This document shows positions 25,057 to 38,638 of a stretch of 64,000 bases of DNA, piece after piece. Origin of the DNA: Octopus sinensis (Eukaryota); the NCBI RefSeq assembly GCF_006345805.1, contig NC_043000.1, positions 24,738,001 to 24,802,000 of the forward strand, given 5' to 3'. The translations under genes were made by a program, and so were the position numbers. Each line of letters starts with the position of its first letter. Positions within the stretch are counted from its first letter, which is position 1. The notes under the pieces were generated by a model. That model saw only the letters and a list, made by a program, of their open reading frames with translations. It did no database searches and was not told where the DNA came from.

Positions 25057-25507
25057 TTATTATGAATGAAAGTGGAAAATGATACACACACACACATATA
25101 AATATATATATTTCCACTTTCTTCCTAAAGACAAGACGTGTTTTTGTCTGTCTCTTCTCAAAGCTCGTTTTTCCAGCGTTCACCACTTCACATCGTCTCG
25201 GCTTTACAGCCCTCACCGTTTGTTTTTACTGTTTTGTTCTTACTGTCCTGTTTTTGTTACCACTTTAACCCTCAGCAAAAAATCCCAAATTTTATTTAAT
25301 TTGCTTTGCAGGAAGGACTGTTTTAACAAAGTCACGTCTTGTCCCTACATTCGAAACGTAGAGTGATTGGGGCAGGGGACAGCTGATGAAGGGAAGGTTC
25401 TTTGTGTTGCCTGTCTCGTTTCCTTGTTTGTTTTCTATGTTTTTGTTTTTTATGTTCTTGTTTTTCATTCTGTTCATGTTTTTTTATGTCCTGTACCCAT
25501 ATATGCA

Positions 25508-25548
<41 letters not shown>

Positions 25549-27689
25549 TATGTACATATATGTGTGTATAAATGTATATATTTATATATTATTTATATTT
25601 TATCATTATATATACATATATATATATATATATAAATATACATACATACACACAGTTGTCAATTGTGGAACATGGCTGTCACTACATAAACCAGATGATT
25701 GTGTAATACCTGAGAGTACTAGTTGATTTCAATATTGTAAAACTGTAAAAATCAGACAAGTTGAAATTTCATTGATATATATATATATATATAAAGGAGA
25801 GAGAGAGAGAGGAGGAGGAATAGTGTGAGGAAAGTGAAAGTAGGTAATAAATTTTGAAATGATGATGAAATAGCAAGGAACAGTGAAAAGATAAAGAACA
25901 AGAAAGTTTGCTTAGAAATAGATATAGAGAATTTGGGGACCAGAGAAAAAAAGGAGAGAGAAGAGACTCTAAGGAAATTAGAAGAGGAATAGAAAGAATT
26001 GGGGTAAACAATTTTAGTTAATTCAATAAGAATCATCATTTTCAGATTAGATCAAAGAACCATAGGAAAAGTACAAAAATTGTGAAGACAACTTTGAGAA
26101 GAAAACACCTTACTTTTAGTATTCATGTATAGGAGGAAATAGAAGGAAATTCTTAAATCCAAATTTTTTGAATGGTTATAATAAAGCACCGTTAAGACAT
26201 TGATAATATTCAAAAGTCTTTGGAATATCTTCCAGAAAATTACTTCTTTATATAAATGGAATTTGACTTCTGTAAAAAGTGTGTGAAAATATTCAATTTA
26301 AACATAAGGAACATAAATATTAATGATCATATAAATTTCATACAAAAATAGTCTTTATTTTTTAAAACTTTGAATGTTCATTTTTGAATCTTTATACGGT
26401 TGGTGATTAAAGATATTACTTTCTATGTTCTATTATATCTTAAATGCAGTCACACTGTATGCTACAAATAGTAGGTAAACCTCCATTAAACCTTTAAATT
26501 ACATACTTTAATGTAGTCACTTAACTGTTATGGAAATCAGGCTGAGTCCTAGGGCTTTTGATTGAGATTACAGCAGCTACCCATCACCCACCACCCTGGA
26601 TAGGATGACAGTCCATTGCAGATTTAACTTCGCAGCTATTGCTGGAACTCACTTATAGCTTAGTGGATTGGGGCAATGTGAAATGAAGTGTTTTGCTCAA
26701 GAACACGATGCATCGCCTGGTCTAGGAATCAAAACTATGATTATCCGATTGGAAGTACAACACCCTTACCACTAGGCCCCCAAGCCTTCATATTACCCTA
26801 ATGATTTAAAATGTGACAGAGCCATTGGTAAGTTTATACTTGATTATGTCTAATCCAGAGCTAAACAACAAGAATGATAAGCTATGAGAAAATTGTTATA
26901 TGTTAGAAATTAAAGATATTACTCTCTTATTCTATCACATATTGCTTCTATGCAGTCACACAGTCCACTAGAAATAGCAGTTAAATCTCCTTTAAATTAC
27001 ACTCTGATGTCTTCAAAATTGAAGGATCCACTGGATAATGTAATTCTAAATACACTCCATATGGAAAAGAAAATAAATCATAAATAAAGCCGGCATAGTC
27101 ATTGGCTAGAATTGAACTCCAGGTCGGTTTGTTTGTGGCTGATTTGGAGCCAAACAGAAGTGACATGAATGAAGAGGCATGAGAAAATGATGACAATGGG
27201 CACTGAGAACAAATAAATTTAATGGATTGAAGGATTTTGGTAAACACAAGGAATCAAAAGATCAAGACAAAATCAAACCTTTGACCTCCATAATTAAAAC
27301 AGACAGGAATAAAGGATTTGGCCAGTAATATTTCAAGGAAATTCATCAATAATGGCCAATGATGCTGCTTTTGGAGTAGAATTAGGAAAATTGTGATTAT
27401 GTAAATTGGCATTCTTTTCAAAACCAACATCATTATCAACATCATAGCTTTAATGTCCCTTTTCCATGCTTGCGTGGGTTAGATGGAATTCATTAAGGCA
27501 GATTTTCTATAACTGGACACCCTTCCTATTGTCATCCCTCACTTGTTTCCAAGCAATGTAATACTTCTTCCATGACCAGAAATGATTTTCATGGAAGACT
27601 GAAGGTGAAGAACACTGCTTGAATGATGAAGACACTTATTTGCAACAACCAGGCAGCATCAAGACAAGGAGACCATAAAACTGTTCCCT

Positions 27690-27691
<2 letters not shown>

Positions 27692-27731
<40 letters not shown>

Positions 27732-27892
27732 GACAGGCTTCTTTCAGTTTCCGTCTATCAAATCCACTCACAAGGCTTTGGCTGGCCCGAGGCTATAGTA
27801 GAAGACACTTGCCGGAGATGCCACACAGTGGGACTGAGCCCAGAACCAGCGGTTGGGAAACAAGCTTCTTACCACACAGCCACTCCTGCGCC

Positions 27893-27941
<49 letters not shown>

Positions 27942-28399
27942 TGGCGTTAGGAAGGGCATCCAGCTGTAGAAACACTGCCAGATCAGACTGGGCCTGGTGC
28001 AGCCTCCTGGCTTCCCAGACCTCAATTGAACCGTCCAACCCATGCTAGCATGGAAAGCGGATGTTAAACGATGATGATGATGATATATATATATATATAG
28101 AGGGAGAGAGAGAGAGAGATCGTTAGAAAGGATTGTTATATATATATTAGTTATGCAAGATAGTGTTGCTCTCTCTTTCTCTCACTTCTGTTTCCTTCGC
28201 TCTCTCTATTATACACACACACACACACACACATATACGACAGGCTTCTTTCAGTTTCCGTCTATCAAATCCACTCACAAGGCTTTGGCTGGCCCGAGGC
28301 TATAGTAGAAGACACTTGCCGGAGATGCCACACAGTGGGACTGAGCCCAGAACCAGCGGTTGGGAAACAAGCTTCTTACCACACAGCCACTCCTGCGCC

Positions 28400-28438
<39 letters not shown>

Positions 28439-28718
28439 TATATATCCTGGCGTTAGGAAGGGCATCCAGCTGTAGAAACACTGCCAGATCAGACTGGGCC
28501 TGGTGCAGCCTCCTGGCTTCCCAGACCTCAATTGAACCGTCCAACCCATGCTAGCATGGAAAGCGGATGTTAAACGATGATGATGATGATATATATATAT
28601 ATATAGAGGGAGAGAGAGAGAGAGATCGTTAGAAAGGATTGTTATATATATATTAGTTATGCAAGATAGTGTTGCTCTCTCTTTCTCTCACTTCTGTTTC
28701 CTTCGCTCTCTCTATTAT

Positions 28719-28740
<22 letters not shown>
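27692..28740. repeat. Near-identical ~507-bp tandem duplication (SINE A head, (TA)n, RTE tail, unique segment)
   Basis: Two copies differ mainly in microsatellite length. Breakpoints fall in (CA)n tracts at 27692, 28213 and 28719. Confidence 0.9.
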
Positions 28741-28753
<13 letters not shown>

Positions 28754-29439
28754 CATACATATAAAAACATAGTTATCAAGTGATGGTGGGGGTGACAAAC
28801 ACAGATCCTCCCAATCTTCCAATCAAACCAACCCACCCAATCTCCCTCTCCGCCTTTTCCTCGGTCTACCTCGCTTTTGTGCACCATTTACCTCAAATGC
28901 AATTACCCTCCTCAACACACGCCCATACTACCTCACCCCATTTGTAACAATAAAAATTCTAACGTGTGTATTGCATACAGTGCACAGATGCACCGCAACT
29001 TTCTAGCAAAAAGGAAAAAAAAAGGTAAAATAAACAATTTAAAGCAGCTGTACTGCAAGTAAAGAACTACGGCAATAATAGCCAAAAATACATGCAGAAG
29101 ACACAGTAAATATAAAATTAAAATTCATGGAAGCACCGTAAAGAAGGGCAGAAAGGTTAATAGTGACGTTAATGGGTTGTAAGAAGCCTAAAAGGACTTC
29201 AAGTGGTGTTATAAAGTTAGACATTGCTTAGGTGCACACAAGCTGAAGCTTGAGTTTAATATAGCTTACATTGCTTTATTTCTGGACTTAAAGACAAAAG
29301 GTAAAGTTCACCTCAACAGAATTTGAACCCAGAATGTAAAGACATGAAATGCTACTACGCAAAATACTCCTCCTCCTCATCATCATCATCCAGTGTTTTA
29401 AATCCAGGTTTTGTCCCCGTAAACAGGGATGGCCAGATC

Positions 29440-29803
29440 TACTTCAATGCCATAGCAACTGCCCTCACATCCGTGGACATGCTTACAAAGTCAGAAAACA
29501 GCACAGCTCCCATGACTTTAGGAAACATTTTTTTCATGCTAAGAGTTGCTGAAGCATGGAACAATCTGCCGGCATCAGTTGTTAGTTGTCGGAGCACTGC
29601 ATCCTTCAAAACTGCCATGCTTCCTGAGATTCGCCAACACTACACCTGATTTTCTCCCCTCCATACACACTCAAGCATGTATCTGACTCAAACACTGTTC
29701 ACTTTCCAGACATTTGTACATTACTGCATATGCTTTATATACACTTTTGACACGTTGTGGTGCACCTGAGCACTGTATACAATAATTTCATTATTATTAT
29801 TAT
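29440..29803 (+). mobile_element. CR1/L2 LINE 3' fragment
   Basis: HIRGHAYKVRKQHSSHDFRKHFF / LRVAEAWNNLPASVV, followed by the 3'UTR and an (ATT)n tail. Confidence 0.8.
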
Positions 29804-31129
29804 TTAAATTGTGTGCCTAAGTGTATATTAGAAACTTTGTCCAGGTGACAGGGTATATAATAGAAACTCGGTCCACAGATAAGTTTATTTATACATAAGT
29901 GTGTGGTTTCTCAATAAACTGATTTGCTATTAAGTATATATCACACACACATACACACATATATATATATATGTGTACACACATACACGTGTGTGTGTGT
30001 GTATGTGTGTAATGATACATATACACATCCATATACATCTATTTGTATACAAAATGTAGTTATTTAACAGTAATATATATCTATAGAAACAGCAACAAAT
30101 TAATTAGATTTAAAGTGAAACACTCGACAGTCACCACTTCACTTCTGTTTACCAAACATAAACTTAGCTATAATCTTGAGTCATTTGAAGGGGAATTCTT
30201 AAAAGTAGAAGATTCACCAAAAAAATATCTCCTCAGGAATTCTTAGCTTATGACTTGGAGAATTTAATTACCAAAACATTAATTTACTTTTTTGTCTTTT
30301 GCTATCTTTGACTTATGATAGAACTATTCATTGCTTCTCTTCCCTAGTTTGTGTCTGTGTCTTTCTGTACCCCACCCCATCTGCTGCTCTTCTCTCATAC
30401 TTTAAAGCAATATTATCACCTAATTTTCTTTTCTTAATGAATTTGATTGAGAACAAGCCTCTAGCTTTTTAACACATATCAGGGGATGCGAGTTATTTCT
30501 TCAATATGCCATCTAACGTTGCTTTGGCTGATAGCTCATTAAATAAATAAATAAATAAATATTTAAAACACAACATAATCAACTTAGTGTGTCTGGAAGT
30601 CAAGCACCATCTACACAAACATTACTGTTTTATTGTGGCAGATAGGATTTGAAATTAAATTAGTAATACAAAATAATTACTGTTGATTTTATGTTGTTCA
30701 CTGTATTTTCGGAGGTGGAGAAATAATAGGCCCCTATGGCAGCTAGGTGCCAGACATGAACAAGGATACAGAGAGAAGTATTAATATGCTTAATGTTAAT
30801 TATTTATTACATAAATGCAGTGATTTGGAAGAAATTGCAAAAATATTTTATTATATCTTTCATTCCTATAGGTGCAAGGATGGCTGTGTGGTTAAGAAGC
30901 TTGCTTTGCAACCATGTGGTTGGAGGTTCAAACTCACTGTGCAGCACCTTGGGCAAGTGTCTCAGGCTATCCAATGCTTTGTGAGTGAATTTGGTAGATG
31001 GAAACTGTGGAAGCCTGTCCTTTCTGTGATAGTGCTTTTTATGTGCCACCGGCATGGAGGCAAGTCAAGGGGCACTGGCATTGGCCATGTTCGGATGGTG
31101 CTTTTTACATGCCACCAGCATAGAGTCAA

Positions 31130-32720
31130 TTATTTGCCGAGGCTTTTTCAACTATTTTCAAACAAGATGATGGTCGTGAACCCCCTCCATTTGATAGATC
31201 GGTACCTCCAATGCTTCGATTGATTATCACGCGGGACCAAGTCAAACGTGTTATTCAAGGCCTCGATGTCAACAAGGGTCACGGCCCTGACGGCATACAC
31301 CCACGGGTTATCAAAGCGTTGGCTCCGGTCATCTGCGAGCCCTTAACACGACTATTCAATATGTCATTGGCGACGGGTGTTATACCTGCAGACTGGAGAA
31401 CAGAGATAATTTGCCCAATTTTCAAGAAAGGGAGCCGCGAAGACCCGCTTAACTACCGACCGGTTTCCCTTACATCAATAATCAGCAAGATGTTCGAAAC
31501 CATCCTTAAGAAAAGTATGATGCTCCACCTCCTAAACACAGCCTCGATCACTGATTCCCAACACGGCTTCGTGCCGAAGAGATCATGCTTGACCAACTTA
31601 CTAGTAATGGAAGAATTGGTGACGCGCATCCTCGATGATAGTGATGCTGTTGACATCGTTTTATTGGACTTTGCCAAAGCTTTTGACTCGGTAAATCACC
31701 GCCTACTACTTGTCAAGCTTCAAGCATATAGTTTCCATCCGGATATTGTACGATGGGTTGGTGCCTTCCTCTCAGATCGCTCCTTCCAAGTTCAAGTTAA
31801 TGGTTCGCGGTCCGACGTCTCCAGTGCGAGCAGTGGCGTGCCTCAAGGTTCTTGGGCCCTTGTTGTTCTTAGTCTTCATAAATGACTTGCCCGACGACCT
31901 CATGCAACACACCCTTCTATTTGCCGACGATATCAAACTGGTCGCTCCTCGCGGTAGTATAGAGGATCTTCGTCGATGCCTCCACCAAATTTGGAAGTGG
32001 TCTAACGATTGGGACCTGTGTCTGAACGTGTCAAAGTGCTGTCATCTGCCTGTCGGCTCTACTCCTGCAACTCAACTTGATTTCGAGCCGGGTCATCTGC
32101 TGCTGGAGAGGACCGATCAGGTAAAGGACCTGGGTATCTTGGTGGATTCCTCCTTTTCGCCTTCGGCCCAGTGCGTCCATGCTGCCAACAAAGCGCGCGG
32201 AATTCTGTTTTTGATTCGACGGTCATTCGGAATGCTCACAGCAGCCATATTCCTGCCACTCTATGTCACGCTGGTGAGACCCATATTGGAGTATGGGATT
32301 CAAGCCTCTTCTCCTTATCTCCTCAAAGACATACAGCACCTCGAAAGAGTCCAGAGGCTGGCTACCCGCATGGTTCATGGTCTCAAAAATTTGTCCTACG
32401 AAGAAAGGCTGAGGACGCTCGACCTTTATTCTCTTGAAAAACGCCGCCGCCGTGGTGATCTCATTCTCGCCCACAACATCATAAGCGGGAAGTGTAACCT
32501 CTCGAAAGTGCTGTTCTTCACTCCTGCTCCGGAGCGTCGGCTGCGGGGTCATTCTGAAAAGCTCTACCTGCGACGATTTCATCTCAATCGAAGGAGAGGA
32601 GCTTTCTCCGTCCGGGTTGCGGATCCGTGGAACAAGCTGCCAGACGAGATGGTGAAGATGCCGACGACCGCTTTGTTCAAAGCCTCCCTGGACCTCAAGT
32701 GGCCTGAACTCTTTACATGA
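31130..32720 (+). pseudogene. Reverse transcriptase ORF2 with a single frameshift
   Basis: KGHGPDGIHPRVIK..NYRPVSLTSIISKMFE..QHGF..SCLTNL..DFAKAFDSVNH..GVPQGS/[frameshift near 31850]/LGPLLFLVFINDL..LFADDIK..LGILVD..RGH..RV..WNKLP. Confidence 0.92.
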
Positions 32721-32806
32721 ACACCACCCTGTACTTAACTCCATGTCCCCCTACATGGCCTTGCTATTTGCTTTTGAGCCAAATTAACTAACTAACTAAC
32801 TAACTA
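31130..32806 (+). mobile_element. Young 5'-truncated CR1/L2-group LINE with a (CTAA)n tail
   Basis: The frame is open from 31130 (LFAEAFSTIF...). agtcaa at 31124-31129 and 32807-32812 is a possible TSD. The element is much GC-richer than its flanks. Confidence 0.9.
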
Positions 32807-32807
32807 A

Positions 32808-33551
32808 GTCAAGGGGCACTGGCATTGGACATGTTCGGATGGTGCTTTTTATGTGCCACCAGCATGGAGGCAAGTCAAGGGGCACTGGCATTGGCCATGT
32901 TTGGATGGTGATTTTCATGTGCCACCAGCATGGAGGCAAGTCAAGGGGCACTGGCATTGGCCATGTTCGGACGGTGCTTTTTATGTGCTACCAGCATGGA
33001 GGCAAGTCAAGGGGCACTGGCATTGGCCATGTTCGGACGGTGCTTTTTATGTGCTACCAGCATGGAGGCAAGTCAAGGGGCACTGGCATTGGCCATGTTC
33101 GGACGGTGCTTTTTATGTGCCACCAGCATGGAGGCAAGTCAAGGGGCACTGGCATTGGCCATGTTCGGACGGTGCTTTTTATGTGCTACCAGCATGGAGG
33201 CAAGTCAAGGGGCACTGGCATTGGCCATGTTTAGATGGTGATTTTCATGTGCCACCAGCATGGAGGCAAGTCAAGGGGCACTGGCATTGGCCATGTTCGG
33301 ATGGTGCTTTTTACATGTCACCAGCATGGAAGCAAGTCAAGGGGCACTGGCATTGGCCATGTCCGGATGGTGTTTTTTACGTGCCACCAGCATGGAGGCA
33401 AGTCAAGGGGCACTGGCATTAGCCATGTTCAGATGGTGCTTTTTATGTGCCACCAGCACAGGAGACAGTCAGGCAGGCCTGGCATCGAGTGCATTCGGAT
33501 AGTACTTTTTACGTGCCACCAGCATCGGGGCCAGTAAGGGGGCACTGGCAT
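32808..33551. repeat. 66-bp minisatellite: 10 well-conserved units plus 1-2 degenerate units
   Basis: gtcaaggggcactggc recurs at 32808, 32874 and onward to 33402 at an exact 66-bp period. The unit is the antisense RTE 3'UTR subrepeat. About 1.5 more units lie at 31029-31129. Confidence 0.95.
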
Positions 33552-33951
33552 GTTTATTCATTATCAGTTAAATCCATCTAAGTCTGAAGCAGATACCACA
33601 GACGTCAGATCAGTCGTTGTTTATCCCCAAATCAACCCCTGAGTAAGCAGACCGCAAAGTGGTTTATGTTAGTGAATACAAAGTGAAGTGATTCTGAAGT
33701 ATTCCACTTGAAACCTAATTAATTTGTTACTATTTCAGGAAACAACTTGGAAACAAGTAGTAGCTGTATGATGAGTATTGCTTTGGATTATGTAATAAGA
33801 TATATTACATCCAGAGGAAAAAAATCTACATAGGCCAGTGTCTCTTCACTGTCTCCCATGCCAGTGGCACGTAAAAAGTATCATCCGAATGTGGTTGATG
33901 CCAGGTCTGCCTGAGTGGCTCCTGTGCTGGTGGCACATATTTATTTATTTA

Positions 33952-34320
33952 TTACCTCTGCCTTAGCAAAGGTGAAGGTATTGTTTTCAGTTGTGTTTGT
34001 TTGTTTGTCTGTCCATGGACAAGATATCTCAAGAACTGCTGGATGAATTTGGATGAAACTTTCAGGGATATTTGGCCTTGTGACTGGCAGAAACTGATTA
34101 GATTTTGGGATCGATTCGGTACCGGAAAAAAGATTCTGGATTATTTTTCCTGATTTTTAATTTAATTTTTGAGAGCAGTCAGGTTCATTTTTAGTATTCT
34201 CATTTGTGAGAGCACTCGAGTTTATTTCAGATATTCTCATTCTAAAAATCATCTCTGGCTAATCGTTGAAAGAACATTGGTGTTGCCTTGGTGGAGGTTT
34301 ACGCTCTCTGACTCCTCTTG
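33952..34320 (+). mobile_element. Helentron/DINE-like non-autonomous element
   Basis: 5' ttacctctgcc...gtattgttttc, then tgtttgtttgtctgtcc and ggatgaatttggatgaaactt, and 3' ccttggtggaggtttacgctctctga. Subterminal inverted motifs are acctctgcc and ggtggaggt. Confidence 0.55.
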
Positions 34321-34764
34321 CTTATTTTGCATTGTAATTAGTAAATCACAGTGTCATTGGCTACAAGTTTCCAACAGACCCTGCATCACTTGTTCATGGA
34401 ATTTCTGATTGCAAGAGAATCGGGAGTGTCACAGTTTCTATTTTTAGTTACGTGTCAAGCTATCCGGCCAAATGACATGCCCATGCACAAACATACAAAT
34501 TCATTTGTATGCATGACAGGTGACATGACTGCACACTTTCAGTCATATTAAATTTCACCCACAAACAATCAGTCAACCTGATGTTAAGATTGAAATCAGT
34601 TTCCAAGGATGTCACCTACGGGAGACAACCTTTCATTGGTTGACGGAGAATTTAGGTACAGTATGTACCTTGAGGTACATATCTTGTTTAGTAACATATC
34701 TTGAAGTAAGTATGTGTGTATATATGTATGTGTACTATCATACTATTATATCTTAAGGTATTTA

Positions 34765-36540
34765 TCTTTTAACATTAGATTGAAACCATGCTGGGGCACC
34801 ACCTTGAAGAAACAAATCAACCCCAGTTTTTTTTGTGTGAAAAACCTGGTACTTATTCTATCAGTCTTTTTTTGCTGAACCACTAAGTTTTGGGGATGTA
34901 AACACACCAACACCAGTTGTCGAGTGATGGTGTAACACAAACACACACACGCACGCATGCACACACACACACACACATACACATGCGCGCACACACACAC
35001 AGAGGCTTTTTTAAGTTTCTATCTACCAAACCACTCACAAGGGTTTGGCCAGCCTGAGGCTTTAGAAGACAACACTTGTCACAAGGTGCCATGCAGCAGG
35101 ATTGAACCTGGAACCATGTGGTTGGGAAGCAAACTTCTAATGTCTACCAGAATAACTTGCTATTTTGAATACATATAGCAAAAGAAAAATATAATCTTTT
35201 CTATTCTAGGCACAAGGCCTGAAATTTTTGGGGAGGTGGGGCCAGTCTATTAGATCGACCCCAGTACATAACTGCAACTTAATTTATCAGCTCTGAAAGG
35301 ATGAAAAGCATAGTTGACCACGTCAGAATTTGGACTCAGAACATAAAGACAGACAAAATACCTATTTCTTTACTACCCACAAGGGGCTAAACACAGAGGG
35401 GACAAACAAGGACAGACAAACGGATTAAGTCGATTGCATCGACCCCAGTGTATATCTGGTACTTAATTTATCGACCCCGAAAGGATGAAAGGCTAAGTCG
35501 ACCTCGGCAGAATTTGAGCTCAGAACATAGCGGCAGACAAAATATCAGTAAGCATTTTGCCTGGTGTGCTATCGTTTCTGTCAGCTCGACACCTTAAAAT
35601 AAAAATATAATAAAAAACAAACTGTCTGTAAGGCAGCTGTACAATGGGGTTTCAAATCACAGTTGTAACCATTACGCTTAACTAATGTAAAGAATATTGT
35701 AAAGAATGGTTATCAGCAGCACATAATGTTAGCCACCATCTACTTTATATATTTGCATCTTGTACCAATATAAGAAAATATATAGTCAAAATCAGATCTA
35801 CAATTATTCTCAGTTCTGTGTAATGGTTAAGTGTGAGCCAGCTTTGGCATAAGTATAATGAAAGACATTGAATAGAGTCTCAGAGTTCCTAACTAAGTAG
35901 ATGGATCCATTGTAATCAAATACATTCCAAATAAACTTGATTTGTGTTGCAAAAGATAAAAATGATAAAAATGAAAAATTACAGGTGAGCGAGTCCTTAA
36001 AATGTCTATCAGCTATCAAAAAGAGAATTGACGTTTTATAGTCTGTCATTGGTTGGGCATTGTGCTTTCTGACAAGTACACTTAACCCTCAATAACTTTG
36101 ACCACTTAACAATGAACAGGTAAGAGGTATATAGTTTATTGGTAGCAAGAGTGCTGTGACATCGATAAGTTGTTAAATATTGGTTTCAAATTTTGGCACA
36201 AGGCCAACAATTTTGGGAAAGCGAAGCAGTGGGGAGTAAGTCAATTAGAATGACCCCAGTGCTCAACTGGTGCATATTTTATTGCCATGCTTGACCACTA
36301 AATCTACAAGTTCTTTTTCATTCTCTCTCTTTTCTTTTATTCTTTTACTTGTTTCAATCATTTGACTGTGGCCATGCTGGAACACTGCCAGAAGTTGAGC
36401 AAATCAACCCTAGGACTTATTCTTTGTAAGCCTAGCACTTATTCTATCGGTCTCTTTTGCTGAACTTCTAAGTTACGGGGGACGTAAACACACCAACATT
36501 GGTTGTCAAGCAATGTTGGTTGGACAAACACAGACACACA

Positions 36541-36578
<38 letters not shown>

Positions 36579-37085
36579 TATACGATGAGATTCTTTCAGT
36601 TTCTCTCCACCAAATCCACTCACAAGGCTTTGGTTGGCCTGAGGTTATGGTAGAAAACACTTGCCCAAGGTGCCACGCAGTGGGACTGAACCCGGAACCA
36701 TGTGGTTGGTAAGCAAGCTACTTACCACATAGCCACTCCTACACCAGTTTATTTTCTCTTATTCCTTTCTGTTAAGAGCGTAGTATCAAAATATAAAAGA
36801 CTTTTTCATTTTCCCGAGCGTCAAACTAATACACCTGCCAGTTTTTTTTATTTCTTTATTGCCCACAAGGAACTACACATAGAGGAGACAAACAAGGACA
36901 GAGAAAGGGATTAAGTCTATTACATCGACCCCAGTGCATAACTGGTACTTAATTTATCGATCCCGAGAGGATGAAAGGCAAAGTCAACCTTGGTGGAATT
37001 TGAATTCAGAACATAAGGACAGATGCAATACCGCTAAGCATTTTGCCTGGTGTGCTAACATTTCTGCCAGCTCACTGCCTTGTTG
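34765..37085 (-). mobile_element. Run of minus-strand SINEs: A (34765-35140), B dimer (35190-35595), A (36335-36745), B (36840-37085)
   Basis: Each matches the family consensus seen elsewhere in the window. Confidence 0.75.
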
Positions 37086-38261
37086 TCCATACACCTGTCT
37101 TCGTCTTTTGTTTTTCTACAAATTTCAGCTTATTTTGTTGACCCTGAGAGGATGAAAGGCAACGTTGATCTTCGGTGAATTTGAACTCAGAACATGAAGA
37201 TGGACAACACGCTGCAAAGAATCTTGTCCAATGTGCTAATGAATCTGACATCTTGCTGCCCTACAAGTTGATAATATTGTAGTTTTGTACCCTTAGGTCA
37301 ACCATTGATTGATTACAACTATGATCAAAGAATGGCATACGTAACAGACATGGCTGTGAGGTTAAGAAGTTTGTTTTAACAACCCTGTGGTTTCAGGTTC
37401 AATCCCACTGCATGGCACCAGGGGCAAATGTCTTTGTGAGTGAATCTGGCACCTGGAAATTGCATGCAAGTCTATTGTGTGTGTATGCATGCATGTGTAT
37501 GTGTGTGTGTGTATGCACGTGTGTGTGTGTGCTTGTCCTTACACCATTTGACAATCAGTGTCAATTTGTTTACAACCTGTAAACTTAGCAGTTTGGCCAA
37601 AAAAACTGATAAAATAAGTACCAGTCTTGAAATAAGAAGGTAGGAAGTACTTTGGTCAATTTGATTGACTATACTCTTCAAGGTTATGCTCCAGCATGGC
37701 CAGAGTCTTAAATCTGAAATAAGCAAAAGGATGATGTGGCAGGACTATAAACTAATTTATAGTCTTCCTTTATGATGACAAGGTGTGGAATCTGGCTGCT
37801 GTTTGTATATTTTTAGAATGGCATTGTAGCGTAGGTGTGAGAGTTTGGATCTGATCAGTTCTAGCGTAAAACACACAGAATATCTGGGCCGATTTATGAC
37901 CAGCTTAAATGCTAAAGGGTTAATCAAATTAATCAGCTTGGTTTGTCAATGTCTTTCTGCTGCCATTCATGACCTCATCAATGACACGGCCTGATCTAAG
38001 TGTGCTTCAAACAGATCTGGAGTTGAGAAGGTATAATTGATGAGGTTTTAACTGGTAACGAAAGCAATTTGACAAACTTATCAGACTGACTGATTGAACA
38101 AATGATTAATGAAACAATCAATAATTTAATTGGTAAAATAGCTAACTGATAAATAGAGGTGAAATAGAGTCAATGAGTGTGTTCACAACAGGCATAATGA
38201 CACTCACAAGATACAACAAAAAAATATTTTGTTCTTAGAATGCCGAACTGAAATCCACCCT

Positions 38262-38638
38262 TGGATCGTAGGGTGACCTCCTGTGCTTGAGGAGACCTAT
38301 TGAGTCAGGCACATCAACATCAAAATAAAAATCAAATGGAAATTATAGTTGTGATACATGTGCCGGTGGCACGTAAAAAGTACCATCTGAATGTGGCCGA
38401 TGCTAGCATCAACTGATCATGGCCGTTGCCAGTATCCCCTGACCCCTGTGCCAGTGGCATGTAAAAAGCACCCACTACACTCACAGAGTGGTTGGTGTTA
38501 GGAAGGGCATCCAGCTGTAGAAACACTGCCAGATCAGACTGGAGCCTGGTGCAGCCTCCTGGCTTCCCAGACCCCAGTCGAACCATCCAACCCATGCTAG
38601 CATGGAAACCAGACGTTAAACAACGATGATGATGATGA
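38262..38638 (+). mobile_element. RTE-LINE 3'UTR copy
   Basis: ctgtgcttgaggagacctattgagtc...aaatggaaattatagttgtgatac...(GAT)n, matching 16890-17232. Confidence 0.8.

Noticed and set aside
25340-25397. GAAACGTA followed by CTGATGA (a similar arrangement occurs on the minus strand at 42735-42780)
   Set aside because: Neither type I nor type II pairing closes stem I. At best these are decayed ribozymes, so they are not called.
26981-27445. Possible coding remnant (two minus-strand ORFs)
   Set aside because: I found no recognisable motif or convincing splice-site pair.
32223-32744. 173-aa minus-strand ORF
   Set aside because: It is the antisense shadow of the LINE RT frame.
32808-33551. CRISPR-like array or repeat-protein gene (22-aa repeat ORFs)
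   Set aside because: The units are contiguous with no unique spacers, there are no cas genes, and the context is eukaryotic. The ORFs are a by-product of a stop-free 66-bp unit derived from an RTE 3'UTR.
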